DNA of 64,000 nt from Eledone cirrhosa (lineage: Eukaryota), in contig OZ024740.1 of NCBI GenBank assembly GCA_964016885.1, positions 17,670,001-17,734,000 on the forward strand, written 5' to 3'. Positions 1 to 18,000 of this stretch are shown in pieces; the first letter of the stretch is position 1; every line of letters starts with the position of its first letter. The notes under the pieces were generated by a model. It was not told the origin of the DNA, searched no databases, and was given only the letters and a program-made list of their open reading frames with translations. Made by a program: the position numbers and the translations under genes.

Positions 1-3000
1 CCACTGTCATCACCAAACCTCAGTCACCACATCAATGACCACAACTGTCACCACCACCACCACTACTGTCATCACCAAACCTCAGTCCCCACAACAATGA
101 CCACAACTGTCACCACCACCACCACCACTGTCATCACCAAACCTCAGTCACCACATCAATGACCACAACTGTCACCACCACCACCACTACTGTCATCACC
201 AAACCTCAGTCACCACAACAATGACCACAACTGTCACCACCACCACCACTACTGTCATCACCAACCCTCAGTCACCTCAACAATGACCACAACTGTCACC
301 ACCACCACCACTACTGTCATCACCAACCCTCAGTCACCACAACTGTCACCACCACCACCACCACCACCACTGTCATCACCAAACCTCAGTCACCACAACA
401 ATGACCACAACTGTCACCACCACCACCACCACTGTCATCACCAACCCTCAGTCACCACAACAATGACCACAACTGTCACCACCACCACCACTACTGTCAT
501 CACCAAACCTCAGTCACCACAACTGTCACCACCACCACCACTACTGTCATCACCAACCCTCAGTCACCTCAACAATGACCACAACTGTCACAACTACCAC
601 CACCACTGTCATCACCAAACCTCAGTCACCACAACAATGACCACAACTGTCACCACCACCACCACCACTACTGTCATCACCAACCCTCAGTCACCACAAC
701 TGTCACCACCACCACCACCACCACTGTCATCACCAAACCTCAGTCACCACAACAATGACCACAACTGTCACCACCACCACCACTACTGTCATCACCAACC
801 CTCAGTCACCACAACAATGACCACAACTGTCACCACCACCACCACCACTACTGTCATCACCAAACCTCAGTCACCACAACAATGACCACAACTGTCACCA
901 CCACCACCACCACCACTGTCATCACCAACCCTCAGTCACCACAACAATGACCACAACTGTCACCACCACCACCACCACTGTCATCACCAAACCTCAGTCA
1001 CCACAACAATGACTACAACTGTCACCACCACCACCACTACTGTCATCACCAAACCTCAGTCACCACAATAATGACCACAACTGTCACCACCACCACCACC
1101 ACTGTCATCACCAACCCTCAGTCACCACAACAATGACCACAACTGTCACCACCACCACCAACCCTCAGTCACCACAACTGTCACCACCACCACCACCACC
1201 ACTGTCATCACCAAACCTCAGTCACCACAACAATGACCACAACTGTCACCACCACCACCACCACTGTCATCACCAACCCTCAGTCACCACAACTGTCACC
1301 ACCACCACCACCACCACTGTCATCACCAAACCTCAGTCACCACAACAATGACCACAACTGTCACCACCACCACCACCACCACCACTGTCATCACCAACCC
1401 TCAGTCACCACAACTGTCACCACCACCACCACCACCACTGTCATCACCAAACCTCAGTCACCACAACAATGACCACAACTGTCACCACCACCACCACCAC
1501 CACTCTCATCACCAAACCTCAGTCACCACAACAATGACCACAACTGTCACCACCACCACCACCACTGTCATCACCAACCCTCAGTCACCACAACAATGAC
1601 CACAACTGTCACCACCACCACCACCACTGTCATCACCAAACCTCAGTCACCACAACAATAACCACAACTGTCACCACCACCACCACCACTGTCATCACCA
1701 AACCTCAGTCACCACAACTGTCACCACCACCACCACCACCACTGTCATCACCAACCCTCAGTCACCACAACAATGACCACAACTGTCACCACCACCACCA
1801 CTACTGTCATCACCAAACCTCAGTCACCACAACAATGACCACAACTGTCACCACCACCACCACCACTGTCATCACCAAACCTCAGTCACCACAACAATGA
1901 CCACAACTGTCACCACCACTACCACCACTGTCATCACCAAATCTCAGTCACCACAACAATGACCACAACTGTCACCACCACCACCACCACTGTCATCACC
2001 AACCCTCAGTCACCACAACAATGACCACAACTGTCACCACCACCACCACCACCACTGACATCACCAACCCTCAGTCACCACAACAATGACCACAACTGTC
2101 ACCACCACCACCACCACCACCACTGTCATCACCAACCCTCAGTCACCACAACAATGACCACAACTGTCACCACCACCACCACCACCACTGTCATCACCAA
2201 CCCTCAGTCACCACAACAATGACCACAACTGTCACCACCACCACCACCACCACTACTGTCATCACCAAACCTCAGTCACCACAACAATGACCACAACTGT
2301 CACCACCACCACCACGACTGTCATCACCAACCCTCAGTCACCACAACAATGACCACAGCTGTCACCACCACCACCACCACTGTCATCACCAACCCTAAGA
2401 TCACCACAACAATGACCACAACTGTCACCACGACCACCACCACCACTGTCATCACCAACCCTCAGTCACCACAACAATGACCACAACTGTCACCACCACC
2501 ACCACCACCACTGTCATCACCAACCCTCAGTCACCACAACAATGACCACAACTGTCACCACCACCACCACCACCACTGTCATCACCAACCCTCAGTCACC
2601 ACAACAATGACCACAACTGTCACCACCACCACCACCACCACTACTGTCATCACCAAACCTCAGTCACCACAACAATGACCACAACTGTCACCACCACCAC
2701 CACCACTGTCATCACCAAACCTCAGTCACCACAACAATGACCACAACTGTCACCACCACCACCACCACCACTGTCATCACCAACCCTCAGTCACCACAAC
2801 AATGACCACAACTGTCACCACCACCACCACCACGACTGTCATCACCAACCCTCAGTCACCACAACAATGACCACAACTGTCACCACCACCACCACCACCA
2901 CTGTCATCACCAACCCTCAGTCACCACAACAATGACCACAACTGTCACCACCACCACCACCACCACTACTGTCATCACCAAACCTCAGTCACCACAACAA

Positions 3001-6000
3001 TGACCACAACTGTCACCACCACCACCACCACCACTACTGTCATCACCAAACCTCAGTCACCACAACGATGACCACAATTGTCACCACCACCACCACCACT
3101 GTCATCACCAACCCTCAGTCACCACAACAATGACCACAACTGTCACCACCACCACCACCACTGTCATCACCAAACCTCAGTCCCCACAACAATGACCACA
3201 ACTGTCACCATCACCACCACCACTGTCATCACCAAACCTCAGTCACCACATCAATGACCACAACTGTCACCACCACCACCACTACTGTCATCACCAAACC
3301 TCAGTCCCCACAACAATGACCACAACTGTCACCACCACCACTGTCATCACCAAACCTCAGTCACCACATCAATGACCACAACTGTCACCACCACCACCAC
3401 TACTGTCATCACCAAACCTCAGTCACCACAACAATGACCACAACTGTCACCACCACCACCACTACTGTCATCACCAACCCTCAGTCACCTCAACAATGAC
3501 CACAACTGTCACCACCACCACCACTACTGTCATCACCAACCCTCAGTCACCACAACTGTCACCACCACCACCACCACCACTGTCATCACCAAACCTCAGT
3601 CACCACAACAATGACCACAACTGTCACCACCACCACCGTCATCACCAACCCTCAGTCACCACAACAATGACCACAACTGTCACCACCACCACCACTACTG
3701 TCATCACCAAACCTCAGTCACCACAACTGTCACCACCACCACCACTACTGTCATCACCAACCCTCAGTCACCTCAACAATGACCACAACTGTCACAACTA
3801 CCACCACCACTGTCATCACCAAACCTCAGTCACCACAACAATGACCACAACTGTCACCACCACCACCACCACTACTGTCATCACCAACCCTCAGTCACCA
3901 CAACAATGACCACAACTGTCACCACCACCACCACCACTACTGTCATCACCAAACCTCAGTCACCACAACAATGACCACAACTGTCACCACCACCACCACC
4001 ACTGTCATCACCAACCCTCAGTCACCACAACAATGACCACAACTGTCACCACCACCACCACCACTGTCATCACCAAACCTCAGTCACCACAACAATGACT
4101 ACAACTGTCACCACCACCACCACTACTGTCATCACCAAACCTCAGTCACCACAACAATGACCACAACTGTCACCACCACTGTCATCACCAACCCTCAGTC
4201 ACCACAACTGTCACCACCACCACCACCACTGTCACCACCAACCCTCAGTCACCACAACTGTCACCACCACCACCACCACCACTGTCATCACCAAACCTCA
4301 GTCACCACAACAATGACCACAACTGTCACCACCACCACCACCACTGTCATCACCAACCCTCAGTCACCACAACAATGACCACAACTGTCACCACCACCAC
4401 CACCACCACTGTCATCACCAAACCTCAGTCACCACAACAATGACCAGAACTGTCACCACGACCACCACCACCACCACTGTCATCACCAACCCTCAGTCAC
4501 CACAACAATGACCACAACTGTCACCACCACCACCACCACCACTGTCATCACCAAACCTCAGTCACCACAACAATGACCACAACTGTCACCACCACCACCA
4601 CCACCACTCTCATCACCAAACCTCAGTCACCACAACAATGACCACAACTGTCACCACCACCACCACCACTGTCATCACCAACCCTCAGTCACCACAACAA
4701 TGACCACAACTGTCACCACCACCACCACCACCACTGTCATCACCAAACCTCAGTCACCACAACAATAACCACAACTGTCACCACCACCACCACCACTGTC
4801 ATCACCAAACCTCAGTCACCACAACTGTCACCACCACCACCACCACCACTGTCATCACCAACCCTCAGTCACCACAACAATGACCACAACTGTCACCACC
4901 ACCACCACTACTGTCATCACCAAACCTCAGTCACCACAACAATGACCACAACTGTCACCACCACCACCACCACTGTCATCACCAAACCTCAGTCACCACA
5001 ACAATGACCACAACTGTCACCACCACTACCACCACTGTCATCACCAAACCTCAGTCACCACAACAATGACCACAACTGTCACCACCACCACCACCACTGT
5101 CATCACCAACCCTCAGTCACCACAACTGTCACCACCACCACCACCACCACTGACATCACCAAACCTCAGTCACCACAACAATGACCACAACTGTCACCAC
5201 CACCACCACCACTGTCATCACCAACCCTCAGTCACCACAACAATGACCACAACTGTCACCACCACCACCACCACTGTCATCACCAAACCTCAGTCACCAC
5301 AACAATGACCACAACTGTCACCACCACCACCACCACCACTACTGTCATCACCAAACCTCAGTCACCACAACAATGACCACAACTGTCACCACCACCACCA
5401 CCACCACTGTCATCACCAAACCTCAGTAACTCAACAATGACCACAACTGTCACCACCACCACCACCACCACTGTCATCACCAAACCTCAGTCACCACAAC
5501 AACGACCACAACTGTCACCACCACCACCACCACCACAACTGTCACCACCACCACCACTGTCATCACCAAACCTCAGTCACCACAACAATGACCACAACTG
5601 TCACCACCACCACCACCACTACTGTTATCACCAAACCTCAGTCACCACAACAATGACCACAACTGTCACCACCACCACCACCACTACCGTTATCACCAAA
5701 CCTCAGTCACCTCAACAATGACCACAACTGTCACCACCACCACCACCACTGTCATCACCAAACCTCAGTCACCACAACAATGACCACAACTGTCACAACC
5801 ACCACCACCACTGTCATCACCAAACCTCAGTCACCACAACAATGACCACAACTGTCACCACCACCACCACCACTGTCATCACCAACCCTCAGTCACCACA
5901 ACAATGACCACAACTGTCACCAGCACCACCACCACCACTGTCATCACCAAACCTCTATCACCTCAACAATGACCACAACTGTCACCACCACCACCACCAC

Positions 6001-9000
6001 TACTGTTATCACCAAACCTCAGTCACCACAACAATGACCACAACTGTCACCATCACCACCACCACTACCGTTATCACCAAACCTCAGTCACCTCAACAAT
6101 GACCACAACTGTCACCACCACCACCACCACTGTCATCACCAAACCTCAGTCACCACAACAATGACCACAACTGTCACCACCACTACCACTGTCATCACCA
6201 ACCCTCAGTCACCACAACAATGACCACAACTGTCACCACAACCACCACCACTGTCATCACCAACCCTCAGTCACCACAACAATGACCACAACTGTCACCA
6301 ACACCACCACCACCACTGTCATCACCAACCCTCAGTCACCACAACTGTCACCACCACCACCACCACTGTCATCACCAACCCTCAGTCACCACAACAATGA
6401 CCACAACTGTCACCACCACCACCACTGTCATCACCAAACCTCAGTCACCACAACAATGACCACAACTGTCACCACCACCACCACCACCACTGTCATCACC
6501 AACCCTCAGTCACCACAACAATGACCACAACTGTCACCACAACCACCACCACTGTCATCTCCAAACCTCAGTCACCACAACAACGACCACAACTGTCACA
6601 ACCACCACCACCACTGTCATCACCAAACCTCAGTCACCACAACAATGACCACAACTGTCACCACCACCACCACCACTGTCATCACCAAACCTCAGTCACC
6701 ACAACAATGACCACAACTGTCACCACCACCACCACCACTGTCATCACCAAACCTCAGTCACCACAACAATGACCACAACTGTCACCACCACCACCACCAC
6801 AACTGTCATCACCAAACCTCAGTCACCACAACAATGACCACAACTGTCACCACAACCACCACCACTGTCATCTCCAAACCTCAGTCACCACAACAACGAC
6901 CACAACTGTCACCACCACCACCACCACTGTCATCACCAACCCTCAGTCACCACAACAATGAACACAACTGTCACCACCACCAGTCATCACCAACCCTCAG
7001 TCACCACAACAATGACCACAACTGTCACCACCACCACCATCACCACTGTCATCACCAAACCTCAGTCACCACAACAATGACCACAACTGTCACCACCACC
7101 ACCACTGTCATCACCAACCCTCAGTCACCACAACAACGACCACAACTGTCACCACCACCACCACCACCACTGTCATCACCAAACCTCAGTCACCACAACA
7201 ATGAACACAACTGTCACCACCACCACCACCACCACCACTGTCATCACCAACCCTCAGTCACCACAACAATGACCACAACTGTCACCACCACCACCATCAC
7301 CAAACCTCAGTCACCACAACAATGACCACAACTGTCACCACCACCACCACTACTGTCATCACCAAACCTCAGTTACCACAACAATGACCACAACTGTCAC
7401 CACCACCACCACCACCACTGTCATCACCAAACCTCAGTCACCACAACAATGACCACAACTGTCACCACCACCACCACTACTGTCATCACCAAACCTCAGT
7501 TACCACAACAATGACCACAACTGTCACCACCACCACCACCACCACTGTCATCACCAAACCTCAGTTACCACAACAATGACCACAACTGTCACCACCACCA
7601 CCACCACCACTGTCATCACCAAACCTCAGTCACCACAACAATGACCACAACTGTCACCACCACCACCACTACTGTCATCACCAAACCTCAGTTACCACAA
7701 CAATGACCACAACTGTCACCACCACCACCACTGTCATCACCAACCCTCAGTCACCACAACAATGACCACAACTGTCACCACCACCACCACCACTACTGTT
7801 ATCACCAAACCTCAGTCACCACAACAATGACCACAACTGTCACCACCACCACCACTACCGTTATCACCAAACCTCAGTCACCTCAACAATGACCACAACT
7901 GTCACCACCACCACCACCACTGTCATCACCAAACCTCAGTCACCACAACAATGACCACAACTGTCACAACCACCACCACCACTGTCATCACCAAACCTCA
8001 GTCACCACAACAATGACCACAACTGTCACCACCACCACCACCACTGTCATCACCAACCCTCAGTCACCACAACAATGACCACAACTGTCACCACAACCAC
8101 CACCACTGTCATCACCAACCCTCAGTCACCACAACAATGACCACAACTGTCACCACCACCACCACCACTGTCATCACCAACCCTCAGTCACCACAACTGT
8201 CACCACCACCACCACCACTGTCATCACCAACCCTCAGTCAGCACAACAATGACCACAACTGTCAACACCACCACCACCACTGTCATCACCAAACCTCAGT
8301 CACCACAACAATGACCACAACTGTCACCACCACCACCACTACTGTCATCACCAAACCTCAGTCACCACAACAACGACCACAACTGTCACCACCACCACTG
8401 TCATCACCAACCCTCAGTCACCACAACAACGACCACAACTGTCACCACCACCACCACCACTGTCATCACCAAACCTCAGTCACCACAACAATGAACACAA
8501 CTGTCACCACCACCACCACCACTGTCATCACCAACCCTCAGTCACCACAACAATGAACACAACTGTCACCACCACCAGTCATCACCAACCCTCAGTCACC
8601 ACAACAATGACCACAACTGTCACCACCACCACCATCACCACTGTCATCACCAAACCTCAGTCACCACAACAATGACCACAACTGTCACCACCACCACCAC
8701 TACTGTCATCACCAAACCTCAGTTACCACAACAATGACCACAACTGTCACCACCACCACCACCACCACCACCACTGTCATCACCAACCCTCAGTCACCAC
8801 AACAACGACCACAACTGTCACCACCACCACCACCACTGTCATCACCAAACCTCAGTCACCACAACAATGAACACAACTGTCACCACCACCACCACCACTG
8901 TCATCACCAACCCTCAGTCACCACAACAATGAACACAACTGTCACCACCACCACCACCACTGTCATCACCAACCCTCAGTCACCACAACAATGACCACAA

Positions 9001-12000
9001 CTGTCACCACCACCACCATCACCACTGTCATCACCAAACCTCAGTCACCACAACAATGACCACAACTGTCACCACCACCACCACTACTGTCATCACCAAA
9101 CCTCAGTTACCACAACAATGACCACAACTGTGACCACCACCACCACTGTCATCACCAACCCTCAGTCACCACAACAACGACCACAACTGTCACCACCACC
9201 ACCACCACTGTCATCACCAAACCTCAGTCACCACAACAATGAACACAACTGTCACCACCACCACCACCACTGTCATCACCAACCCTCAGTCACCACAACA
9301 ATGAACACAACTGTCACCACCACCAGTCATCACCAACCCTCAGTCACCACAACTGTCACCACCACCACCATCACCACTGTCATCACCAAACCTCAGTCAC
9401 CACAACAATGACCACAACTGTCACCACCACCACCACTACTGTCATCACCAAACCTCAGTTACCACAACAATGACCACAACTGTCACCACCACCACCACCA
9501 CCACCATTGTCATCACCAACCCTCAGTCACCACAACAACGACCACAACTGTCACCACCACCACCACCACTGTCATCACCAAACCTCAGTCACCACAACAA
9601 TGACCACAACTGTCACCACCACCACCACCACCACTGTCATCACCAAACCTCAGTCACCACAACAATGACCACAACTGTCACCACCACCACCACCACCAGT
9701 CATCACCAACCCTCAGTCACCACAACAATGACCACAACTGTCACCACCACCACCACAACTGTCATCACCAAACCTCAGTCACCACAACAATGACCACAAC
9801 TGTCACGACCACCACCACCACTGTCATCACCAAACCTCAGTCACCACAACTGTCGCCACCACCACCACCACTGTCATCACCAAACCTCAGTCACCACAAC
9901 AATAACCACAACTGTCACCACCACCACCACCACTGTCATCACCAAACCTCAGTCACCACAACAATGACCACAACTGTCACCACCACCACCACTGTCATCA
10001 CCAAACCTCAGTCACCACAACAATGACCACAACTGTCACCAGCACCACCACCACCACCACTGTCATCACCAAACCTCAGTCACCACAACAATGACCACAA
10101 CTGTCACCACCACCACCACTACTGTCATCACCAAACCTCAGTTACCACAACAATGACCACAACTGTCACCACCACCACCACCACCACTGTCATCACCAAC
10201 CCTCAGTCACCACAACAATGACCACAACTGTCACCACCACCACCACCACTACTGTCATCACCAAACCTCAGTCACCACAACAATGACCACAACTGTCACC
10301 ACCACCACCACCACTGTCATCACCAACCCTCAGTCACCACAACAATGACCACAACTGTCACCACCACCACCACCACTGTCATCACCAACCGTCAGTCACC
10401 ACAACAATGACCACAGCTGTCACCACCACCACCACTACTGTCATCACCAAACCTCAGTCACCACAACAATGACCACAACTGTCACCACCGCCACCACTGT
10501 CATCACCAAACCTCAGTCACCACAACAATGACCACAACTGTCACCACCACCACCACCACTGTCATCACCAAACCTCAGTCACCACAACTGTCACCACCAC
10601 CACCACCACTGTCATCACCAAACCTCTGTCACCTCAACAATGACCACAACTGTCACCACCACCACCACCACTACTGTTATCACCAAACCTCAGTCACCAC
10701 AACAATGACCACAACTGTCACCACCACCACCACTACTGTTATCACCAAACCTCAGTCACCACAACAATGACCACAACTGTCACCACCACTACCGTTATCA
10801 CCAAACCTCAGTCACCTCAACAATGACCACAACTGTCACCACCACCACCACCACTGTCATCACCAAACCTCAGTCACCACAACAATGACCACAACTGTCA
10901 CAACCACCACCACCACTGTCATCACCAAACCTCAGTCACCACAACAATGACCACAACTGTCACCACCACCACCACCACTACTGTTATCACCAAACCTCAG
11001 TCACCACAACAATGACCACAACTGTCACCACCACCACCACGACCGTTATCACCAAACCTCAGTCACCTCAACAATGACCACAACTGTCACCACCACCACC
11101 ACCACTGTCATCACAACAATGACCACAACTGTCATCACCAAACCTCAGTCACCACAACAATGACCACAACTGTCACCACCACCACCACCACCACCACTGT
11201 CATCACCAACCCTCAGTCACCACAACAACGACCACAACTGTCACCACCACCACCACCACTGTCATCACCAAACCTCAGTCACCAAAACAATGAACACAAC
11301 TGTCACCACCACCACCACCACTGTCATCACCAACCCTCAGTCACCACAACAATGAACACAACTGTCACCACCACCAGTCATCACCAACCCTCAGTCACCA
11401 CAACAATGACCACAACTGTCACCACCACCACCACTGTCATCACCAAACCTCAGTCACCACAACAATGACCACAACTGTCACCACCACCACCACTACTGTC
11501 ATCACCAAACCTCAGTTACCACAACAATGACCACAACTGTCACCACCACCACCACCACCACCACTGTCATCACCAACCCTCAGTCACCACAACAACGACC
11601 ACAACTGTCACCACCACCACCACCACTGTCATCACCAAACCTCAGTCACCACAACAATGAACACAACTGTCACCACCACCACCACCACTGTCATCACCAA
11701 CCCTCAGTCACCACAACAATGAACACAACTGTCACCACCACCAGTCATCACCAACCCTCAGTCACCACAACAATGACCACAACTGTCACCACCACCACCA
11801 TCACCACTGTCATCACCAAACCTCAGTCACCACAACAATGACCACAACTGTCACCACCACCACCACTACTGTCATCACCAAACCTCAGTTACCACAACAA
11901 TGACCACAACTGTGACCACCACCACCACTGTCATCACCAACCCTCAGTCACCACAACAACGACCACAACTGTCACCACCACCACCACCACTGTCATCACC

Positions 12001-15000
12001 AAACCTCAGTCACCACAACAATGAACACAACTGTCACCACCACCACCACCACTGTCATCACCAACCCTCAGTCACCACAACAATGAACACAACTGTCACC
12101 ACCACCAGTCATCACCAAACCTCAGTCACCACAACAATGACCACAACTGTCACCACCACCACCACTACTGTCATCACCAAACCTCAGTTACCACAACAAT
12201 GACCACAACTGTCACCACCACCACCACCACCACCACCATTGTCATCACCAACCCTCAGTCACCACAACAACGACCACAACTGTCACCACCACCACCACCA
12301 CTGTCATCACCAAACCTGTCACCACAACAATGACCACAACTGTCACCACCACCACCACCACCACTGTCATCACCAAACCTCAGTCACCACAACAATGACC
12401 ACAACTGTCACCACCACCACCACCACCAGTCATCACCAACCCTCAGTCACCACAACAATGACCACCACTGTCACCACCACCACCACAACTGTCATCACCA
12501 AACCTCAGTCACCACAACAATGACCACAACTGTCACGACCACCACCACCACTGTCATCACCAAACCTCAGTCACCACAACAATGACCACAACTGTCGCCA
12601 CCACCACCACCACTGTCATCAACTAACCTCAGTCACCACAACAATAACCACATATGTCACCACCACCACCACCACTGTCATCACCAAACCTCAGTCACCA
12701 CAACAATGACCACAACTGTCACCACTACCACCACTGTCATCACCAAACCTCAGTCACCACAACAATGACCACAACTGTCACCAGCACCACCACCACCACC
12801 ACTGTCATCACCAAACCTCAGTCACCACAACAATGACCACAACTGTCACCACCACCACCACTACTGTCATCACCAAACCTCAGTTACCACAACAATGACC
12901 ACAACTGTCACCACCACCACCACCACCACTGTCATCACCAACCCTCAGTCACCACAACAATGACCACAACTGTCACCACCACCACCACCACTACTGTCAT
13001 CACCAAACCTCAGTCACCACAACAATGACCACAACTGTCACCACCACCACCACCACTGTCATCACCAACCCTCAGTCACCACAACAATGACCACAACTGT
13101 CACCACCACCACCACCACCACCACTGTCATCACCAACCGTCAGTCACCACAACAATGACCACAACTGTCACCACCACCACCACTACTGTCATCACCAAAC
13201 CTCAGTCACCACAACAATGACCACAACTGTCACCACCACCACCACTGTCATCACCAAACCTCAGTCACCACAACAATGACCACAACTGTCACCACCACCA
13301 CCACCACTGTCATCACCAAACCTCAGTCACCACAACTGTCACCACCACCACCACCACTGTCATCACCAAACCTCAGTCACTACAACAATGACCACAACTG
13401 TCACCACCACCACCACCACCACTGTCATCACCAAACCTCAGTCACCACAACAATGACCACAACTGTCACCACCACCACCACCACTGTCATCACCAACCCT
13501 CAGTCACCACAACAATGACCACAACTGTCACCACCACCACCACCACTGTCATCACCAACCCTCAGTCACCACAACAATGACCACAACTGTCACCACCACC
13601 ACCACCACCACTGTCATCACCAAACCTCAGTCACCACAACAATGACCACAACTGTCGCCACCACCACCACCACTGTCATCACCAAACCTCAGTCACCACA
13701 ACAATGACCACAACTGTCGCCACCACCACCACCACCACCACTGTCATCACCAAACCTCAGTCACCACAACAATGACCACAACTGTCACCACCACCACCAC
13801 CACTGTCATCACCAAACCTGTCACCACAACAATGACCACAACTGTCACCACCACCACCACCACTGTCATCACCAACCCTCAGTCACCACAACAATGACCA
13901 CAACTGTCACCACCACCACCACCACCACCACTGTCATCACCAAACCTCAGTCACCACAACAATGACCACAACTGTCACCACCACCACCACCACCAACACT
14001 GTCATCACCAACCCACCAGTCACCACAACAATGACCACAACTGTCACCACCACCACCACCACTGTCATCACCAACCCTCAGTCACCACAACAATGACCAC
14101 AACTGTCACCACCACCACCACTGTCATCACCAAACCTCAGTCACCACAACAATGACCACAACTGTCGCCACCACCACCACCACTGTCATCACCAAACCTC
14201 AGTCACCACAACAACGACCACAACTGTCACCACCACCACCACCACTGTCATCACCAAACCTCAGTCACCACAACAATGACCACAACTGTCACCACCACCA
14301 CCACCACCACCACTGTCATCACCAACCCTCAGTCACCACAACAATGACCACAACTGTCACCACCACCACCACCACTGTCATCACCAACCCTCAGTCACCA
14401 CAACAATGACCACAACTGTCACCACCACCACCACTGTCATCACCAAACCTCAGTCACCACAACAATGACCACAACTGTCGCCACCACCACCACCACTGTC
14501 ATCACCAAACCTCTGTCACCACAACAATGACCACAACTGTCACCACCACCACCACCACTGTCATCACCAACCCTCAGTCACCACAACAATGACCACAAAT
14601 GTCGCCACCACCACCACCACCACTGTCATCACCAACCCTCAGTCACCACAACTGTCACCACCACCACCACCACTGTCATCACCAACCCTCAGTCGCCACA
14701 ACAATGACCACAACTGTCGCCACCACCACCACCACTGTCATCACCAAACCTCAGTCACCTCAACAATGACCACAACTGTCACCACCACCCCCACCACCAC
14801 TGTCATCACCAACCCTCAGTCGCCACAACAATGACCTCAACTGTCGCCACCACCACCACCACTGTCATCACCAACCCTCAGTCACCACAACAATGACCAC
14901 AACTGTCACCACCACCACCACCACTGTCATCACCAAGCCTCAGTCGCCACAACAATGACCACAACTGTCGCCACCACCACCACCACTGTCATCACCAACC

Positions 15001-18000
15001 CTCAGTCACCACAACAATGATCACAACTGTCACCACCACCACCACCACTGTCATCACCAACCCTCAGTCGCCACAACAATGACCAGAACTGTCGCCTCCA
15101 CCACCACCACTGTCATCACCAAACCTCAGTCACCACAACAATGACCACAACTGTCGCCACCACCACCACCACTGTCATCACCAAACCTCAGTCACCACAA
15201 CAATGACCACAACTGTCGCCACCACCACCACCACTGTCATCACCAAACCTCAGTCACCTCAACAATGACCACAACTGTCGCCACCATCACCACCACTGTC
15301 ATCACCAAACCTCAGTCACCTCAACAATGACCACAACTGTCACCACCACCACCACCACTGTCATCACCAACCCTCAGTCACCACAACAATGACCACAACT
15401 GTCACCACCACCACCACCACCACTGTCATCACCAAACCTCAGTCCCCACAACAATGACCACAACTGTCACCACCACCACCACCACCACTACTGTCATCAC
15501 CAAACCTCAGTCACCACAACAATGACCACAACTGTCACCACCACCACCACCACTGTCATCACCAAACCTCAGTCCCCACAACAATGACCACAACTGTCAC
15601 CACCACCACCACCACTGTCATCACCAAACCTCAGTCCCCACAACAATGACCACAACTGTCAACACCACCACCACCACTGTCGTCACCAAACCTCAGTCCC
15701 CACAACAATGACCACAACTGTCACCACCACCACCACTGTCATCACCAAACCTCAGTCACCACAACAATGACCACAACTGTCGCCACCACCAGCACAGTCA
15801 TCACCAAACCTCAGTCACCACAACAATGACCACAACTGTCACCACCACCACCACCACTGTCATCACCAAACCTCAGTCGCCACAACAATGACCACAACTG
15901 TCACCACCACCACCACTGTCATCACCAAACCTCAGTCACCACAACAATGACCACAACTGTCACCACCACCACCACCACCACTGTCATCACCAAACCTCAG
16001 TCACCTCAACAATGACCACAACTGTCACCACCACCACCACTGTCATCACCAAACCTCAGTCACCACAACAATGACCACAACTGTCACCACCACCACCACT
16101 GTCATCACCAAACCTCAGTCGCCACAACAATGACCACAACTGTCACCACCACCACCACTGTCATCACCAAACCTCAGTCACCACAACAATGACCACAACT
16201 GTCGCCACCACCACCACCACTGTCATCACCAAACCTCAGTCGCCACAACAATGACCACAACTGTCACCACCACCACCACTGTCATCACCAAACCTCAGTC
16301 ACCACAACATTGACCACAACTGTCGCCACCACCACCACCACTGTCATCACCAAACCTCAGTCACCACAACAATGACCACAACTGTCACCACCACCACCAC
16401 CACTGTCATCACCAAACCTCAGTCACCACAACAATGACCACAACTGTCACCACCACCACCACCACCACCACTGTCATCACCAACCCTCAGTCACCACAAC
16501 AATGACCACAACTGTCACCACCACCACCACCACTGTCATCACCAACCCTCAGTCACCACAACAATGACCACAACTGTCACCACCACCACCACTGTCATCA
16601 CCAAACCTCAGTCACCACAACAATGACCACAACTGTCGCCACCACCACCACCACTGTCATCACCAAACCTCAGTCACCACAACAATGACCACAACTGTCA
16701 CCACCACCACCACCACTGTCATCACCAACCCTCAGTCACCACAACAATGACCACAAATGTCGCCACCACCACCACCACCACTGTCATCACCAACCCTCAG
16801 TCACCACAACTGTCACCACCACCACCACCACTGTCATCACCAACCCTCAGTCGCCACAACAATGACCACAACTGTCGCCACCACCACCACCACTGTCATC
16901 ACCAAACCTCAGTCACCTCAACAATGACCACAACTGTCACCACCACCACCACCACCACTGTCATCACCAACCCTCAGTCGCCACAACAATGACCTCAACT
17001 GTCGCCACCACCACCACCACTGTCATCACCAACCCTCAGTCACCACAACAATGACCACAACTGTCACCACCACCACCACCACTGTCATCACCAACCCTCA
17101 GTCGCCACAACAATGACCACAACTGTCGCCACCACCACCACCACTGTCATCACCAACCCTCAGTCACCACAACAATGATCACAACTGTCACCACCACCAC
17201 CACCACTGTCATCACCAACCCTCAGTCGCCACAACAATGACCACAACTGTCGCCTCCACCACCACCACTGTCATCACCAAACCTCAGTCACCACAACAAT
17301 GACCACAACTGTCGCCACCACCACCACCACTGTCATCACCAAACCTCAGTCACCACAACAATGACCACAACTGTCGCCACCACCACCACCACTGTCATCA
17401 CCAAACCTCAGTCACCTCAACAATGACCACAACTGTCACCACCACCACCACCACTGTCATCACCAACCCTCAGTCACCACAACAATGACCACAACTGTCA
17501 CCACCACCACCACCACCACTGTCATCACCAAACCTCAGTCCCCACAACAATGACCACAACTGTCACCACCACCACCACCACCACTACTGTCATCACCAAA
17601 CCTCAGTCACCACAACAATGACCACAACTGTCACCACCACCACCACCACTGTCATCACCAAACCTCAGTCCCCACAACAATGACCACAACTGTCACCACC
17701 ACCACCACCACTGTCATCACCAAACCTCAGTCCCCACAACAATGACCACAACTGTCAACACCACCACCACCACTGTCGTCACCAAACCTCAGTCCCCACA
17801 ACAATGACCACAACTGTCACCACCACCACCACTGTCATCACCAAACCTCAGTCCCCACAACAATGACCACAACTGTCGCCACCACCAGCACTGTCATCAC
17901 CAAACCTCAGTCACCACAACAATGACCACAACTGTCACCACCACCACCACCACTGTCATCACCAAACCTCAGTCGCCACAACAATGACCACAACTGTCAC